Assembly: GCA_965223905.1 (NCBI GenBank) | Contig: CBDCXV010000010.1 | Span: 1,344,001-1,408,000 of the forward strand | Direction: 5' to 3' | Origin: Candidatus Latescibacterota bacterium | GTDB lineage: Bacteria > Latescibacterota > UBA2968 > UBA8231 | Length of the DNA stretch: 64,000 bases | Program-made: the position numbers and the translations under genes | In this document: positions 38,962-48,385 of the stretch, one piece after another | Layout: every line of letters starts with the position of its first letter | How positions within the stretch are numbered: position 1 is the first letter of the stretch | The notes under the pieces: model-generated | The model's input: only the letters and a program-made list of their open reading frames with translations | Database searches by the model: none | What the model was told of the DNA's origin: nothing

Positions 38962-40743
38962 TTAGAGTATGTTGGATTCCGGCCCAGGTTTTTTTTGTGA
39001 AACCCGGGGCCAATTCGCCTCGGTCACCGCGCGGTAGAACCACTCCACCGGCAGGGCCGTGAGGCGGAGGTCGATGTAGCCGGGCTCGACCGCGAAGCGC
39101 CGCAGCCCGGCCAGCTCGGGAAAGTGGCTGTAGGTGAGAAGCACCCGATCCCCGTGGAAGGTGATGCTGGTGTAGCAGTAGCCGTGGTGGCGGGACCGCT
39201 CCACCAGCTTGAGCGCCCGCCAGCTGCGGCCCGCGTCGCTCGACAGCGCCGAAACCAGCGGGGTGCGGCCGCTGAGACCGTACGTCCACAGACAGAGTAC
39301 GTCGGCAGTGCCGGGCACGCGCTGAATGGCCGCCGGCGAGCAAGCGCCGCGCAGCGGTGACAGGAAGGGCCGCGACCAGCTCTGCCCGCGGTCTTCGGAG
39401 CAGGCGAAGAACTGACCCCCCGACACCGATCTCATGGTCATCAGCAGGCGGCCGTCCGCGAGCTGCGCGACGCTCGGCTCGTTGACGTTCTGGGCGCGCC
39501 GCTCGCGCTCCGGCAGCCCGGGGTCGGGCACGTGCGAGCCGGCGCGCCAAGTTCTGCCGCCGTCGTCGGAGAGCAGGCAGTACGGCCACCTCACCCCGTC
39601 CACGTACTCGCGCGCGGCGAGCAGGATGCGGCCGTCGGCCAGTCGCCGCAGACTGGCGTTGTTGGCGGCGTGCCGGTTGCCGTTGGCTGGCGTGATGGCC
39701 GCGGCGGCGCTCCAGCTGCGTCCGCCGTCGCCGGAGCGGCGGGCGACCATGCCCTTCGCCGGCATGTCCGGAAGCTGGTCGTAGTAGACGAGCAGCAGCT
39801 CGTCTCCCAGGTTCAGCAGGCTGGCCGACATGACGTTGGTGTCGTGCTCCTCCTCCACCACCGTCCACTTCCGACTCCACATGCGCCCGCCGTCGGTCGA
39901 GCGGCGCGCGCTCAGCCGGGCTGGCGAGTCGTCCCAGCCCTTGCCGGCATGGTAGTCGGTCCAGACCAGCAACAACGAACCGTCGGACAGCACGGCGAGG
40001 TCGCCCTCGCTCTGGCGCGGCCCTTCGGGGGTCGCCTCGTTGACCAGAAAGCACCACGCGTCGTCCGCCGCGCGCAGGTCCTCCGGACCGTCGGGCAGGG
40101 GTGAGTCGGCGCAAGGGTACGGCACCTCTTCGACCGCGACTTCCCGGTATACCGTCTCGACCGGCGAGCCGTCCGCGGCGGCGGCGCTCCCGAACGCGAC
40201 CATGAACGGCCCGGGGTAGGCATCGTGCTCGACCTCGACGGTTGCGCCCCCAGGGACGGTGACGCGCAGCGCGGCCGGACGCGCTGCGACGTGCACGGTG
40301 TGCCCGGCGCCGAGCGGGCCGCTCAGCGTACGGTGGATCTGCCTGCCGCGATGCTGCGCCCGCACGTGCCAGTCCACCCGGTCCCGGCGCGGCTCCGCCC
40401 AGACCTCCCACGGCCCCGGGCGGGGCATCACGAGCGCGGGCCGCCCGGCGGCTTTCCGTGCCGGGGGCAGCTCGACGGTCCAGCTCACGTAGGCGGGAAG
40501 CTCGCTCGGGTGGTAGCGGTACGGCTCGCCCTCAAACCCCGGCGCGAAGAACACATGCGGCGCCTGCGCGGATGCGCGGGTTCGCAGAAGCAGCCCGGGC
40601 AGCTCGCAGTGATCTCGCGGCTCGAAGTAGCCGTAGGTCCAGTAGTTCGCCACGGCGAAGGCACAGCGCACGCCCTGGAACAGTCCGGTGCCGGCGGTGT
40701 GCTCGTCGAGCACCGCGACCCGCCAGGCCTCGGCGTCACTCAT
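38962..40743 (-). CDS. Sialidase/BNR-repeat protein
   Basis: Asp boxes STDGGRMW, SGDGGRSW, SDDGGRTW, SEDRGQSW, SSDAGRSW; NEP; YCY. Confidence 0.85.
   Translation of the reverse strand: MSDAEAWRVAVLDEHTAGTGLFQGVRCAFAVANYWTYGYFEPRDHCELPGLLLRTRASAQAPHVFFAPGFEGEPYRYHPSELPAYVSWTVELPPARKAAGRPALVMPRPGPWEVWAEPRRDRVDWHVRAQHRGRQIHRTLSGPLGAGHTVHVAARPAALRVTVPGGATVEVEHDAYPGPFMVAFGSAAAADGSPVETVYREVAVEEVPYPCADSPLPDGPEDLRAADDAWCFLVNEATPEGPRQSEGDLAVLSDGSLLLVWTDYHAGKGWDDSPARLSARRSTDGGRMWSRKWTVVEEEHDTNVMSASLLNLGDELLLVYYDQLPDMPAKGMVARRSGDGGRSWSAAAAITPANGNRHAANNASLRRLADGRILLAAREYVDGVRWPYCLLSDDGGRTWRAGSHVPDPGLPERERRAQNVNEPSVAQLADGRLLMTMRSVSGGQFFACSEDRGQSWSRPFLSPLRGACSPAAIQRVPGTADVLCLWTYGLSGRTPLVSALSSDAGRSWRALKLVERSRHHGYCYTSITFHGDRVLLTYSHFPELAGLRRFAVEPGYIDLRLTALPVEWFYRAVTEANWPRVSQKKPGPESNIL
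39023..39063. repeat. 41-bp direct repeat, copy 1
   Basis: GTCACCGCGCGGTAGAACCACTCCACCGGCAGGGCCGTGAG; 40/41 identical to 45382-45422. Confidence 0.93.
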
Positions 40744-40792
40744 GACGCCTGCCCTTGCCGGTGCCCGGCATCGCCAACCACCTGCATAGGGT

Positions 40793-41863
40793 TCAACCGC
40801 AGACCGCCTGAATCATGGCATTGATGTAGCCGAAGCAGTAGGCATAGGACTGATAGTGGCCCTTCGGGTCGTCGTCGGTGCGCGGGACGTGGTCGGGATC
40901 GATGCCGTAACAGTAGCCTGTGTCCTTGAGGGCCTTCAATACCCGGTGGAAGTCCATGTCTCCTTCATCGGGCAGCGCCTCGCGGAAGCTGTAGCGCCCC
41001 CCGAGTATGTTGCGATAGTGAACCAGGAAGATCGTATTGCGGCTGCCGAAGTATTCTATGATGGGGCAGATTTCAGTGGCCGGATCTTCGAGCCCTTCGG
41101 CGATTGAGCCGACGCAGAAGTTCCAGCCGTTATACGGACTGCGCTGGATCTCGACGAATCGCTTCATGCCCTCAAAGTCATTCAGGACTTTGTCCACGCC
41201 CCTGTAACCGGGGGGTGTGGCAGGGTCTTCCTGGGAATTGCCCATTCGAACCTTGAATTCTTCCGCCACCGGAATCATGCGTTCGAGCAGGTACTCGATC
41301 CGTTCCCAGTGCATGTCTGCGGTGACGCGCCCGGCCTCGGTCAGCCTGGCCTGTTCTTCCGCCGGGACCTTGTCCAGACGGAAGGCCGTGTGGACGTAGC
41401 CGCCGCGGCCTTCCTCCTGTTCCGTCCGGTCGATGGGCAGGATGCAGGTGTTGTAACGCAGGGAATCGATGCCGGCGCGGGAAGCGGTCCGGATCATTTC
41501 GCACACCAGGTCGATCTCCCGGTCGCGCTCCGGACTTTTGCCGAAATAGATGATGTTGGGCAACTGCTGATATATGGGCAGCAGGCTCATGTCCAGCGTC
41601 AGCCCGAAGGCCTCGTGGCGCTCTCTTTCCCGGACCAACTCGTCCAGATCCCAGCCGCGGCCGGGGTGGAAGGGAAAGTCGGCGGCCTTGTGGCGCACGC
41701 CGCAGCGCTGCAGAAAGCGCAGCTCGCCATCGGTCGACCCAAAACTCTGTGTGCGCACGTACATGCGCCCGTTGGTCGCCGATGTTTGCGATCCCCCTCC
41801 GGCGGCAGAAGCCGCTGCCTCACCGGCTTCGAGACCCTTTTCAAATGGATCGGATGTCTTCAT
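40793..41863 (-). CDS. Mannonate dehydratase (UxuA)-like protein, divergent
   Basis: ERMIPVAEEFKVRM, NFCVG, VHYRN, DEGDMD, DPDHVP. Confidence 0.82.
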   Translation of the reverse strand: MKTSDPFEKGLEAGEAAASAAGGGSQTSATNGRMYVRTQSFGSTDGELRFLQRCGVRHKAADFPFHPGRGWDLDELVRERERHEAFGLTLDMSLLPIYQQLPNIIYFGKSPERDREIDLVCEMIRTASRAGIDSLRYNTCILPIDRTEQEEGRGGYVHTAFRLDKVPAEEQARLTEAGRVTADMHWERIEYLLERMIPVAEEFKVRMGNSQEDPATPPGYRGVDKVLNDFEGMKRFVEIQRSPYNGWNFCVGSIAEGLEDPATEICPIIEYFGSRNTIFLVHYRNILGGRYSFREALPDEGDMDFHRVLKALKDTGYCYGIDPDHVPRTDDDPKGHYQSYAYCFGYINAMIQAVCG

Positions 41864-41908
41864 GGGATTCCTTTCGCTTGTATGGCTTCGATACCGTCAC
41901 GCCCTGCC

Positions 41909-43540
41909 TCAGGGCATCACGGTTACGTCGATCTCGTCGATGAGGATATCGCCGGATGCTTCCTCCTCCTGCTTTGTCAGCATTACGGCGAGAGTGTTGT
42001 CTCCGTCGATCATGCCGTCCGGGTCGAGGTCGAAGATGACGGTCGAGTAGGCGGGAAGCGGACGGCCGATGTTGGTCGAGCGACCGCTCTCGTGCCACAT
42101 ACGACGGACGCTGCCTTCGGGGATCCTCGCCCCGTTCATATTGAACGCCAGGTTGTCGCCGGGCCCGAGATTCTGAGCGCGGACGACTGCATAGGCGTAA
42201 CCGATCTCCTCCCACTGCTCGCAGAGGCGGAGGCGGTATTCCTGCCCCACGCCGGGGGTCTCGCGGCTCAGGACGATCTTGTCGTCCTTGATCGCGCCGG
42301 TGGAGGCCATACCCATAGCGCCGTGGTAGTCCACCCCGCCCATCATCGAGCGGAACAGGTAGGTGCGATGGCCCGCCTTCAGGGCATCGGGGTCCCGGAG
42401 CTCTCTGAGCAGGGCCAGCGAGCCGGGGAAGTCTCCCATGAGGTTGCCCGTGTACTGCTCCTGATAGTTGAAGCTCGAAACGCCGTCGGCCCCGGCGCCG
42501 TACATATTGTTGGCGAGGGCGCGGTAGTTGTTCGCCGCCATCGGGCGGAGATAGACCCGCGACTGGAAGGCCATGTGGTCGGCGCTGCCGCTCTTGCCGG
42601 TGTCGGGCTGGAGGGCCCAGGGGACGGTGTCGCTTCGTGCGTCGGTGGCAGAGCAGAACGGCATGACGCCGGGCAACAGGAGGCAGGATGTCCCCTCCGT
42701 GAGACTCGAAAACTCCTCCCATTGCGCATTGTGGTTCGCGTACATGGTGTTGGCCGGACTCACGTAGTCGAGAATACCGGTGGTGATCCACGTGGGAATG
42801 TCGAGTCCGCAGTCGTGGCACTCGTCGACGGTCTCGGGGACGCGAACGCCCAGGATCAGCTCCTTGCCCTTCCTGCGCCCCTCGTCGTCCAGCATGTCGC
42901 GGATGCGCCTGAAGAGCTCGGTCATAAGGTGCTGGCGTTCGCGGGAGATCGAGCGCGGGTACGGGAAGTGGTTGTCGCTGCGGAAGGTTATCTCGATGCC
43001 GTCCACATCGAAGCGGCGGGCGATCTCCTCGATTGCCCCGAAGTGGAAATCGCGCACCTCCTGGAAGGAGAAGTCGAGGGTATTGCCCGGTTTTGCGAGC
43101 GGCCCGGGCTGGACGTCTCTCAGGATGAACTCAGGGTGGTCGAACATCCACTGAGCGCCCTGGGTGGGAGCCCCGTGGTCGTCACCGAACCGGGCGCCGG
43201 CGATGAACCTCATCCCTCGCTCATGGGCGCGTCTGCAGAATATCTCAATCGGATTGATGCCCTGATCGAGCATGGGGATCCAACGCCGGTGCTGGGGACG
43301 TTGGTCGTACTCATAGGTGTCGGAGCGGAAGTAGACCACCCATCCCTGGCCGAAGACCTCCTGGCCGAGGGCGTCGGCCCCACTCAGCGAGAAGTGGTCA
43401 ACGAGCCTTTCTATCTGTTCCGGCGTGGCGGGCTCGCTGATGAAGGGCTCTCTTGCGTGACTCGAAAGGTCGGCCACGAACAGCAGGCGGATGCCGCCCC
43501 TGGGCTTGATCGGTCTCGGTCCCGGAGGTGTTTCAGTCAC
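41909..43540 (-). CDS. GHL10-like TIM-barrel protein
   Basis: RAHERGMRFIAGARFGDDH..HPEF..LDFSFQEVR..FDVDGIE..GADGVSSFN. Confidence 0.72.
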   Translation of the reverse strand: MTETPPGPRPIKPRGGIRLLFVADLSSHAREPFISEPATPEQIERLVDHFSLSGADALGQEVFGQGWVVYFRSDTYEYDQRPQHRRWIPMLDQGINPIEIFCRRAHERGMRFIAGARFGDDHGAPTQGAQWMFDHPEFILRDVQPGPLAKPGNTLDFSFQEVRDFHFGAIEEIARRFDVDGIEITFRSDNHFPYPRSISRERQHLMTELFRRIRDMLDDEGRRKGKELILGVRVPETVDECHDCGLDIPTWITTGILDYVSPANTMYANHNAQWEEFSSLTEGTSCLLLPGVMPFCSATDARSDTVPWALQPDTGKSGSADHMAFQSRVYLRPMAANNYRALANNMYGAGADGVSSFNYQEQYTGNLMGDFPGSLALLRELRDPDALKAGHRTYLFRSMMGGVDYHGAMGMASTGAIKDDKIVLSRETPGVGQEYRLRLCEQWEEIGYAYAVVRAQNLGPGDNLAFNMNGARIPEGSVRRMWHESGRSTNIGRPLPAYSTVIFDLDPDGMIDGDNTLAVMLTKQEEEASGDILIDEIDVTVMP

Positions 43541-43756
43541 TGGCCGTCACTCCTCTCGATGTCCCTGCACTGGTATCGGTACTATGCCGTTGGCTGAGAA
43601 TTCAACTGAAATGAAGAAGGTGTTTATTTTACGAAACAGACTACCTGCTCTCCTCACCCGATAATGCTGCCCATCTCCGCAAGGCATTAGAGGACTTCAA
43701 CAAGGCCAGCACAATTTTGCTTGGCGCTACCACTGCCAAATCCGGGAGAACCAACC

Positions 43757-44848
43757 GTGAAAACCTGGCGTTTCCATGCCTTCGGCGACATGCGGCTCGA
43801 CGACGTTGAGCTGGCGCCCTGCCCCCCCGACCACGTCCTGGTCGAGCCACTGGTAGTCCAACCCAGCGCGACCGAAGCCCAACTCGCCTTTGGAATTCCG
43901 ACCCTGGCGTACGATCACATCAAGAGCCGATTGGAGACCGACGCGCCGCTCCAGCTTTTCGGCCACGAGTTCTGCGCCCGCATTCTGGAAGTCGGCTCAG
44001 CCGTCACCGGATACGCACCCGGCGACCGCGTGGCCGCCCGCGCCAAGCTGCCCTGCGGCGACTGCGCCATGTGCCGCTCCCAGCACAGCGACGACTGCCG
44101 GCGCGGCCCGATCATCGGCTTCCAACTGCCCGGCTGCTTTGCCGAGCGCGCCCTGCTCCCGGCCATCGCGCTGGTCAAGGTCGATGACCGCATCTCCGAC
44201 AGCGAGGCCGCCACCCTGCAGTCGCTGAGCGACAGCATCGCCGGAGTCGAGACCGCGCAGATCCGGCCGGGCGATTCGGTCGCCGTCTTCGGCCAGGGCA
44301 GCATGGGCATCGAGAGCATGCAGGCCGCGCGCGCCTGCGGAGCGGGCCAGCTCATCACCGTGGACGTGCGGCCCGAGGCCTGCGAAATCTCGCTCGCGCT
44401 GGGGGCCGATCACGCCATCAACGCCAGCGACAACGATCCGGTCGAAGCGATCCGCGACCTGACCGGCGGCGAGGGTGCCGACGTCGTATTCGAGTGCGCC
44501 GGCGGCAGCGTCAAGCTGGGACTGGCCGGCGACCGGGCGCTCAAACAGGCCATGCACGCGGTGCGCTCCGGCGGCAAGCTGGTGGGCGTCTCCTGGTTTG
44601 GGGCACCCCTGGAACTGGATGTGGACCTGATGCGGGAGCGCAGCCTGCGCTACCTCTTCCCGGACATCAGCTCGCAGGCCCATCTGGAGTACACAGTGCG
44701 GTTGGTGGCCTCGGGGCGCATCAGCATGAAACCCACCATCCGGCACGTGTTGGAAGGAATCGACAAGGTGCCAGAGGCATTTGAAATCACGGCGCACAAA
44801 GCCCAGTACCAAGCCATCAATCCCGCGCAGGTCGTGATCGCCACCTAG
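43757..44848 (+). CDS. Zn-dependent alcohol dehydrogenase family
   Basis: GHEF, CGDCAMC..C, VFGQGSMG, GADVVFECAG. Confidence 0.92.
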   Translation: MKTWRFHAFGDMRLDDVELAPCPPDHVLVEPLVVQPSATEAQLAFGIPTLAYDHIKSRLETDAPLQLFGHEFCARILEVGSAVTGYAPGDRVAARAKLPCGDCAMCRSQHSDDCRRGPIIGFQLPGCFAERALLPAIALVKVDDRISDSEAATLQSLSDSIAGVETAQIRPGDSVAVFGQGSMGIESMQAARACGAGQLITVDVRPEACEISLALGADHAINASDNDPVEAIRDLTGGEGADVVFECAGGSVKLGLAGDRALKQAMHAVRSGGKLVGVSWFGAPLELDVDLMRERSLRYLFPDISSQAHLEYTVRLVASGRISMKPTIRHVLEGIDKVPEAFEITAHKAQYQAINPAQVVIAT

Positions 44849-44983
44849 GGCCCTCGAGGAGATCATCTCCCACAAGCGAGCCCGGAACCCCTGGTGGTAC
44901 GGCCTCGGCGGCCCTGTGATCATCCTGGCCGGGGCGCGCGCCCCGGCTGTAGAAATTTACGCGGACAAGTAACGGGCCCAAAA

Positions 44984-45421
44984 ATGCAAATCACCGACGC
45001 CCAACTCGCTACGTACAAAGAACAAGGCTTTCTTATCGTCCCCGGCGGCTCGGTGTGCCTCTACAGCGTCTTCACCCGCCACGCCGCCTCCGATTTCACT
45101 GCGCCAGCGGGGCATCGCCCGGTCATGTGGGTGGGCTTCACTCGCAAGGACCGGCCTTGGGACGGCGGCCGCACCTTCACGTATAAAAGCGGTGCCCAAG
45201 ATGCCGCCATGAATCGCTTCATGGCTGAGGCCACCCCGCGCCAGCGCGAACTGCTGGGCTTCCCGCCGCCGGGCGACCCGCTGTGGACGGAAGGATTTAT
45301 CGCGGGGATGGCGACGCGGTATCCGGGATTCGACGCGGAACCGTATTACGCGGCGAGAAGAGCTGCACGCCGTGGTCCTACGTCACCGCTCGGTAGAACC
45401 ACTCCACCGGCAGGGCCGTGA
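44984..45421 (+). pseudogene. PhyH-family remnant with a large internal deletion
   Basis: MQITDAQLATYKEQGFLIV joins directly to PGGSVCLYS..RHAAS; the HxD core is missing. Confidence 0.7.
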
Positions 45422-45422
45422 G
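45382..45422. repeat. 41-bp direct repeat, copy 2
   Basis: On the minus strand it encodes LTALPVEWFYRAVT, followed by TAG at 45378-45380. Confidence 0.93.
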
Positions 45423-45450
45423 TAACCCTTCCTGGAGATCTTCTGAGAGG

Positions 45451-46713
45451 ATGTCCTTGTTCGCTGAAATCGCTCGTCACTCCCTCGACCGGGTGCCCTT
45501 GTCGATCATCTTCGACGATTCCACGGTCCTGGTGAACCTCAACTACTTCTTCCTCCGCGACCGCACGATCTCCCGCAAGATGGCAGAGGACCGCCACCGG
45601 CGCTGGGAAGACCTGCCCGTGGTCCATCCCACCTCCTTCACCCGCGAGTTCGCCGAGTGGTGCCTGGCAAATGGTGTGCGCGGCAAGTTCTCGGTGGTGC
45701 CCTGCCCGGCCGCCCTGGGCCGCATCGACGAGGGGCTTCCCCTCTTCAGCAAGGCCCAGCAGGACGAGTGGCTGGCCATGTGCCGCGAGGTCATCGTCCC
45801 CGCCTTCGACATCACGCCGGAGATGCTCACCCACACCTTCGTGGTCGATCCGAAAACCCTGCAGCCCCTCCCCTCTCGAATCTGGGAGCAGTACGAATGG
45901 GCCGCTCTGCCCGAAGACCAGGAGGAGCTGGTCACCGAGTACATCGCCCGGGCCTGCCGCATCCTGGACGCCGTGGGCCTGACGCCCCAGGGGGTGACCT
46001 CACCGGGCGGTTTCGGCGGCCGCACCCTGCCCTTCTACGCCCGCTGCGCGGGAGAGGCAGTGCGCCAGGTCACAGGCAACCCGGTGCCCTACTTCTTTCA
46101 GCGGGTCTCCTCCTCGGAGGCCGCGATCGACACCCCCGTGTGGTACCCCGACCGTCAGGCAGGCAGGGCAACCGGCGAGATCATCGCCTCCACCGGCGAC
46201 TGGACCGGCAGCTGGACGGGGTACGGCGAGGTAGATGCCGACAAGTACATCACTCCCGACCTGGAAGGGGGCCGTCTGCCGGCCCTCATCGACGCGGGCG
46301 AGCCGGCGGTGCTCATCAGCCACTGGCAGGGGTTCTACGGGCTCCACGACGGGGACCGCCGCGGCTTCGAGGCTTTCAAGCAGGTGGTGGGCCGCCTGGC
46401 CGAGCGCGACCCCGGGGGCGAGCGCACTCAGTGGCGCACCTGCAGCCAGATCACCAACTATGCCTGCGCCCGGGAGATGGCCCACGTCTCGGTAGAGGGG
46501 CACGCCGTCCGCCTCGACCTGCCGGTGCAGACCCCGGACCTGACCCTGCGCCTGACAGGTGGAGAGGTGCGGTCGGTTCGAGTGGATGGCCGCCCCCTGG
46601 CGCGGGCCCCGAATCGCGCCGCCTTCGGGAGCGGCACCTTCCTGCCGGAGAACGGGGCGGCCCTAGCCGCCTTCGACCCGGCTCGCCGCCGGGTGCTGGT
46701 GGAAGTGGAGTAG
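45451..46713 (+). CDS. Hypothetical protein, polysaccharide-deacetylase-like fold
   Basis: IIFDD, GVRGKFSVVP, DITPEMLTH, GVTSPGGFG, SHW. Confidence 0.65.
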   Translation: MSLFAEIARHSLDRVPLSIIFDDSTVLVNLNYFFLRDRTISRKMAEDRHRRWEDLPVVHPTSFTREFAEWCLANGVRGKFSVVPCPAALGRIDEGLPLFSKAQQDEWLAMCREVIVPAFDITPEMLTHTFVVDPKTLQPLPSRIWEQYEWAALPEDQEELVTEYIARACRILDAVGLTPQGVTSPGGFGGRTLPFYARCAGEAVRQVTGNPVPYFFQRVSSSEAAIDTPVWYPDRQAGRATGEIIASTGDWTGSWTGYGEVDADKYITPDLEGGRLPALIDAGEPAVLISHWQGFYGLHDGDRRGFEAFKQVVGRLAERDPGGERTQWRTCSQITNYACAREMAHVSVEGHAVRLDLPVQTPDLTLRLTGGEVRSVRVDGRPLARAPNRAAFGSGTFLPENGAALAAFDPARRRVLVEVE

Positions 46714-46732
46714 CCGGTACCGGCCGCCCTCA

Positions 46733-46746
46733 ACAGCCCGTTGAAA
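46733..46746 (+). repeat. IS-end-like motif
   Basis: ACAGCCCGTTGAAA(AA); intergenic between convergent genes. Confidence 0.5.
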
Positions 46747-46887
46747 AACCAGGGAATTTCCCGGATCCCAAACGTCACAAAAGATCACCCGGGTACGGAT
46801 GTCGGCCGCTCTGGCGGAATTGAACGACGGTCCGTCCGAGCGCGTCAACCAAGGGGAGGATTTCCCTGACTGTTTCCGCAGACGGAA

Positions 46888-48048
46888 CTATCTGTCAGCA
46901 GGCTTCCGGCGGAACCGATCATATCTCTCGTCAACAAGAAAATCCTTGAGATATATACGCTGGCCTTCCAGCTGATCGGAGGCATTCGCGCCTAGTACTG
47001 CAGCAAGGCTATTCATGCTGCTCGTGAAGGTACTCCGAAGTTGGCCCGGGTTACCTGCCTCAATCGCGCCGAGAAAAGCGCGACTGATCTGCTCTGTCGG
47101 GTCTACGGGAGGGGCTGTCGGAAGTGGATGGCGCACTGCTTCCTGCGGCGGTGTTTGCGTCGGCGGATACGGTCCATCGTAGTAATAGGCAACCGGGTCA
47201 TCTCCCTCAAACTTCAGATGCCCGTGCGTCCAGAGTATACTCTCATAGCCGTCGCTATAGTAAGTCTGGCGCAGACGGGACAGGATGAGATTGGCGATGC
47301 AGCCGCACTCAAAGCCGTACCTTACGCTATAGGCATACGGATTATCCCCTCCATCAACGATGTCCGACGCATCGCGGTGGACATAATTCGCCTCAACCCA
47401 TGAGATGTCACCGAACCAATACCGCATCAGGTCTGTTTGGTGAATCCCGCCTTCCACAACGGATGCCCCGGACCACTCGTAGTTTGCCGTCCAGACACGA
47501 TTGGCGGGGCCGCCCAACGTTTCGGTTCTGGTATGCTTGCTTGAATGGTCTTCAAGCGCACCATTTCCTATAGTGGTGCTCATAACCGGCTTTTTATCCG
47601 CGAGGAATTCCTTAACGGCTTCATAACGTGAGTCGTAGCGCTGTTGGAATCCCGCCGTGGAGATGACGCCATTTTCCTGTATTGCGCGTTCCATGTCGAT
47701 GGCTTCGTTCAGGTACAGGCTCATCGGCTTCTCGGCAAAAATGTGTATCCCCGCATTCGCCGCTTGGATGATTTCGCCGTTGTGGACTCCGGGAGGAAGC
47801 GCAAAATAGACTGCATCCAACGACCGTTCCGCGAGGGACCCCCCCAAATCTGTCGAGGTATGGATCCCCTTGATGTGAAATCCATTGAGATATCTCTGGA
47901 TTTTCGCCTCTGCGAGATTGTCCTCAAAGGCGTCGATCAACGCTGCAATCTGGACAAGCCCTTCGCCTTGAAGCCGCCACAGGGCGCTCAAGTGCTGAAG
48001 TCCACGTTGTCCGAGACCGAGAATTGCAACGCGAATTGGTTGACTCAT
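46888..48048 (-). CDS. Gfo/Idh/MocA oxidoreductase
   Basis: VAILGLGQRG, HIFAEKP, EGGIHQTD. Confidence 0.92.
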   Translation of the reverse strand: MSQPIRVAILGLGQRGLQHLSALWRLQGEGLVQIAALIDAFEDNLAEAKIQRYLNGFHIKGIHTSTDLGGSLAERSLDAVYFALPPGVHNGEIIQAANAGIHIFAEKPMSLYLNEAIDMERAIQENGVISTAGFQQRYDSRYEAVKEFLADKKPVMSTTIGNGALEDHSSKHTRTETLGGPANRVWTANYEWSGASVVEGGIHQTDLMRYWFGDISWVEANYVHRDASDIVDGGDNPYAYSVRYGFECGCIANLILSRLRQTYYSDGYESILWTHGHLKFEGDDPVAYYYDGPYPPTQTPPQEAVRHPLPTAPPVDPTEQISRAFLGAIEAGNPGQLRSTFTSSMNSLAAVLGANASDQLEGQRIYLKDFLVDERYDRFRRKPADR

Positions 48049-48385
48049 GAAAATTCCTTAAGGTCTGAACTCCTCCAGTGTCTGTACACGAAGTATTCGT
48101 TTACATAACTGATTCAGTTCATCAACATAGCGCAATGCTTTGAAATTGAAAAATAATCGGGATCGGTCAAGGCGGCGATGATTCTCAGGCGAGCGCCACA
48201 GGCTGCGCATTCGCTGATGTCGCCAGAAAACACGCGGGCGAGCAGGGCCGCTCAGCCCAGGCGATGGGCCAGGTGACCTTGTCGTACGAGCGGGGATCGT
48301 CGCTCTACAGCAAGGAAGCACCGACCGGGCAGTTGCCAAAGGACAAGAAAAGTTGATCCCCATCTATCGACACTTGGGAGGAACC

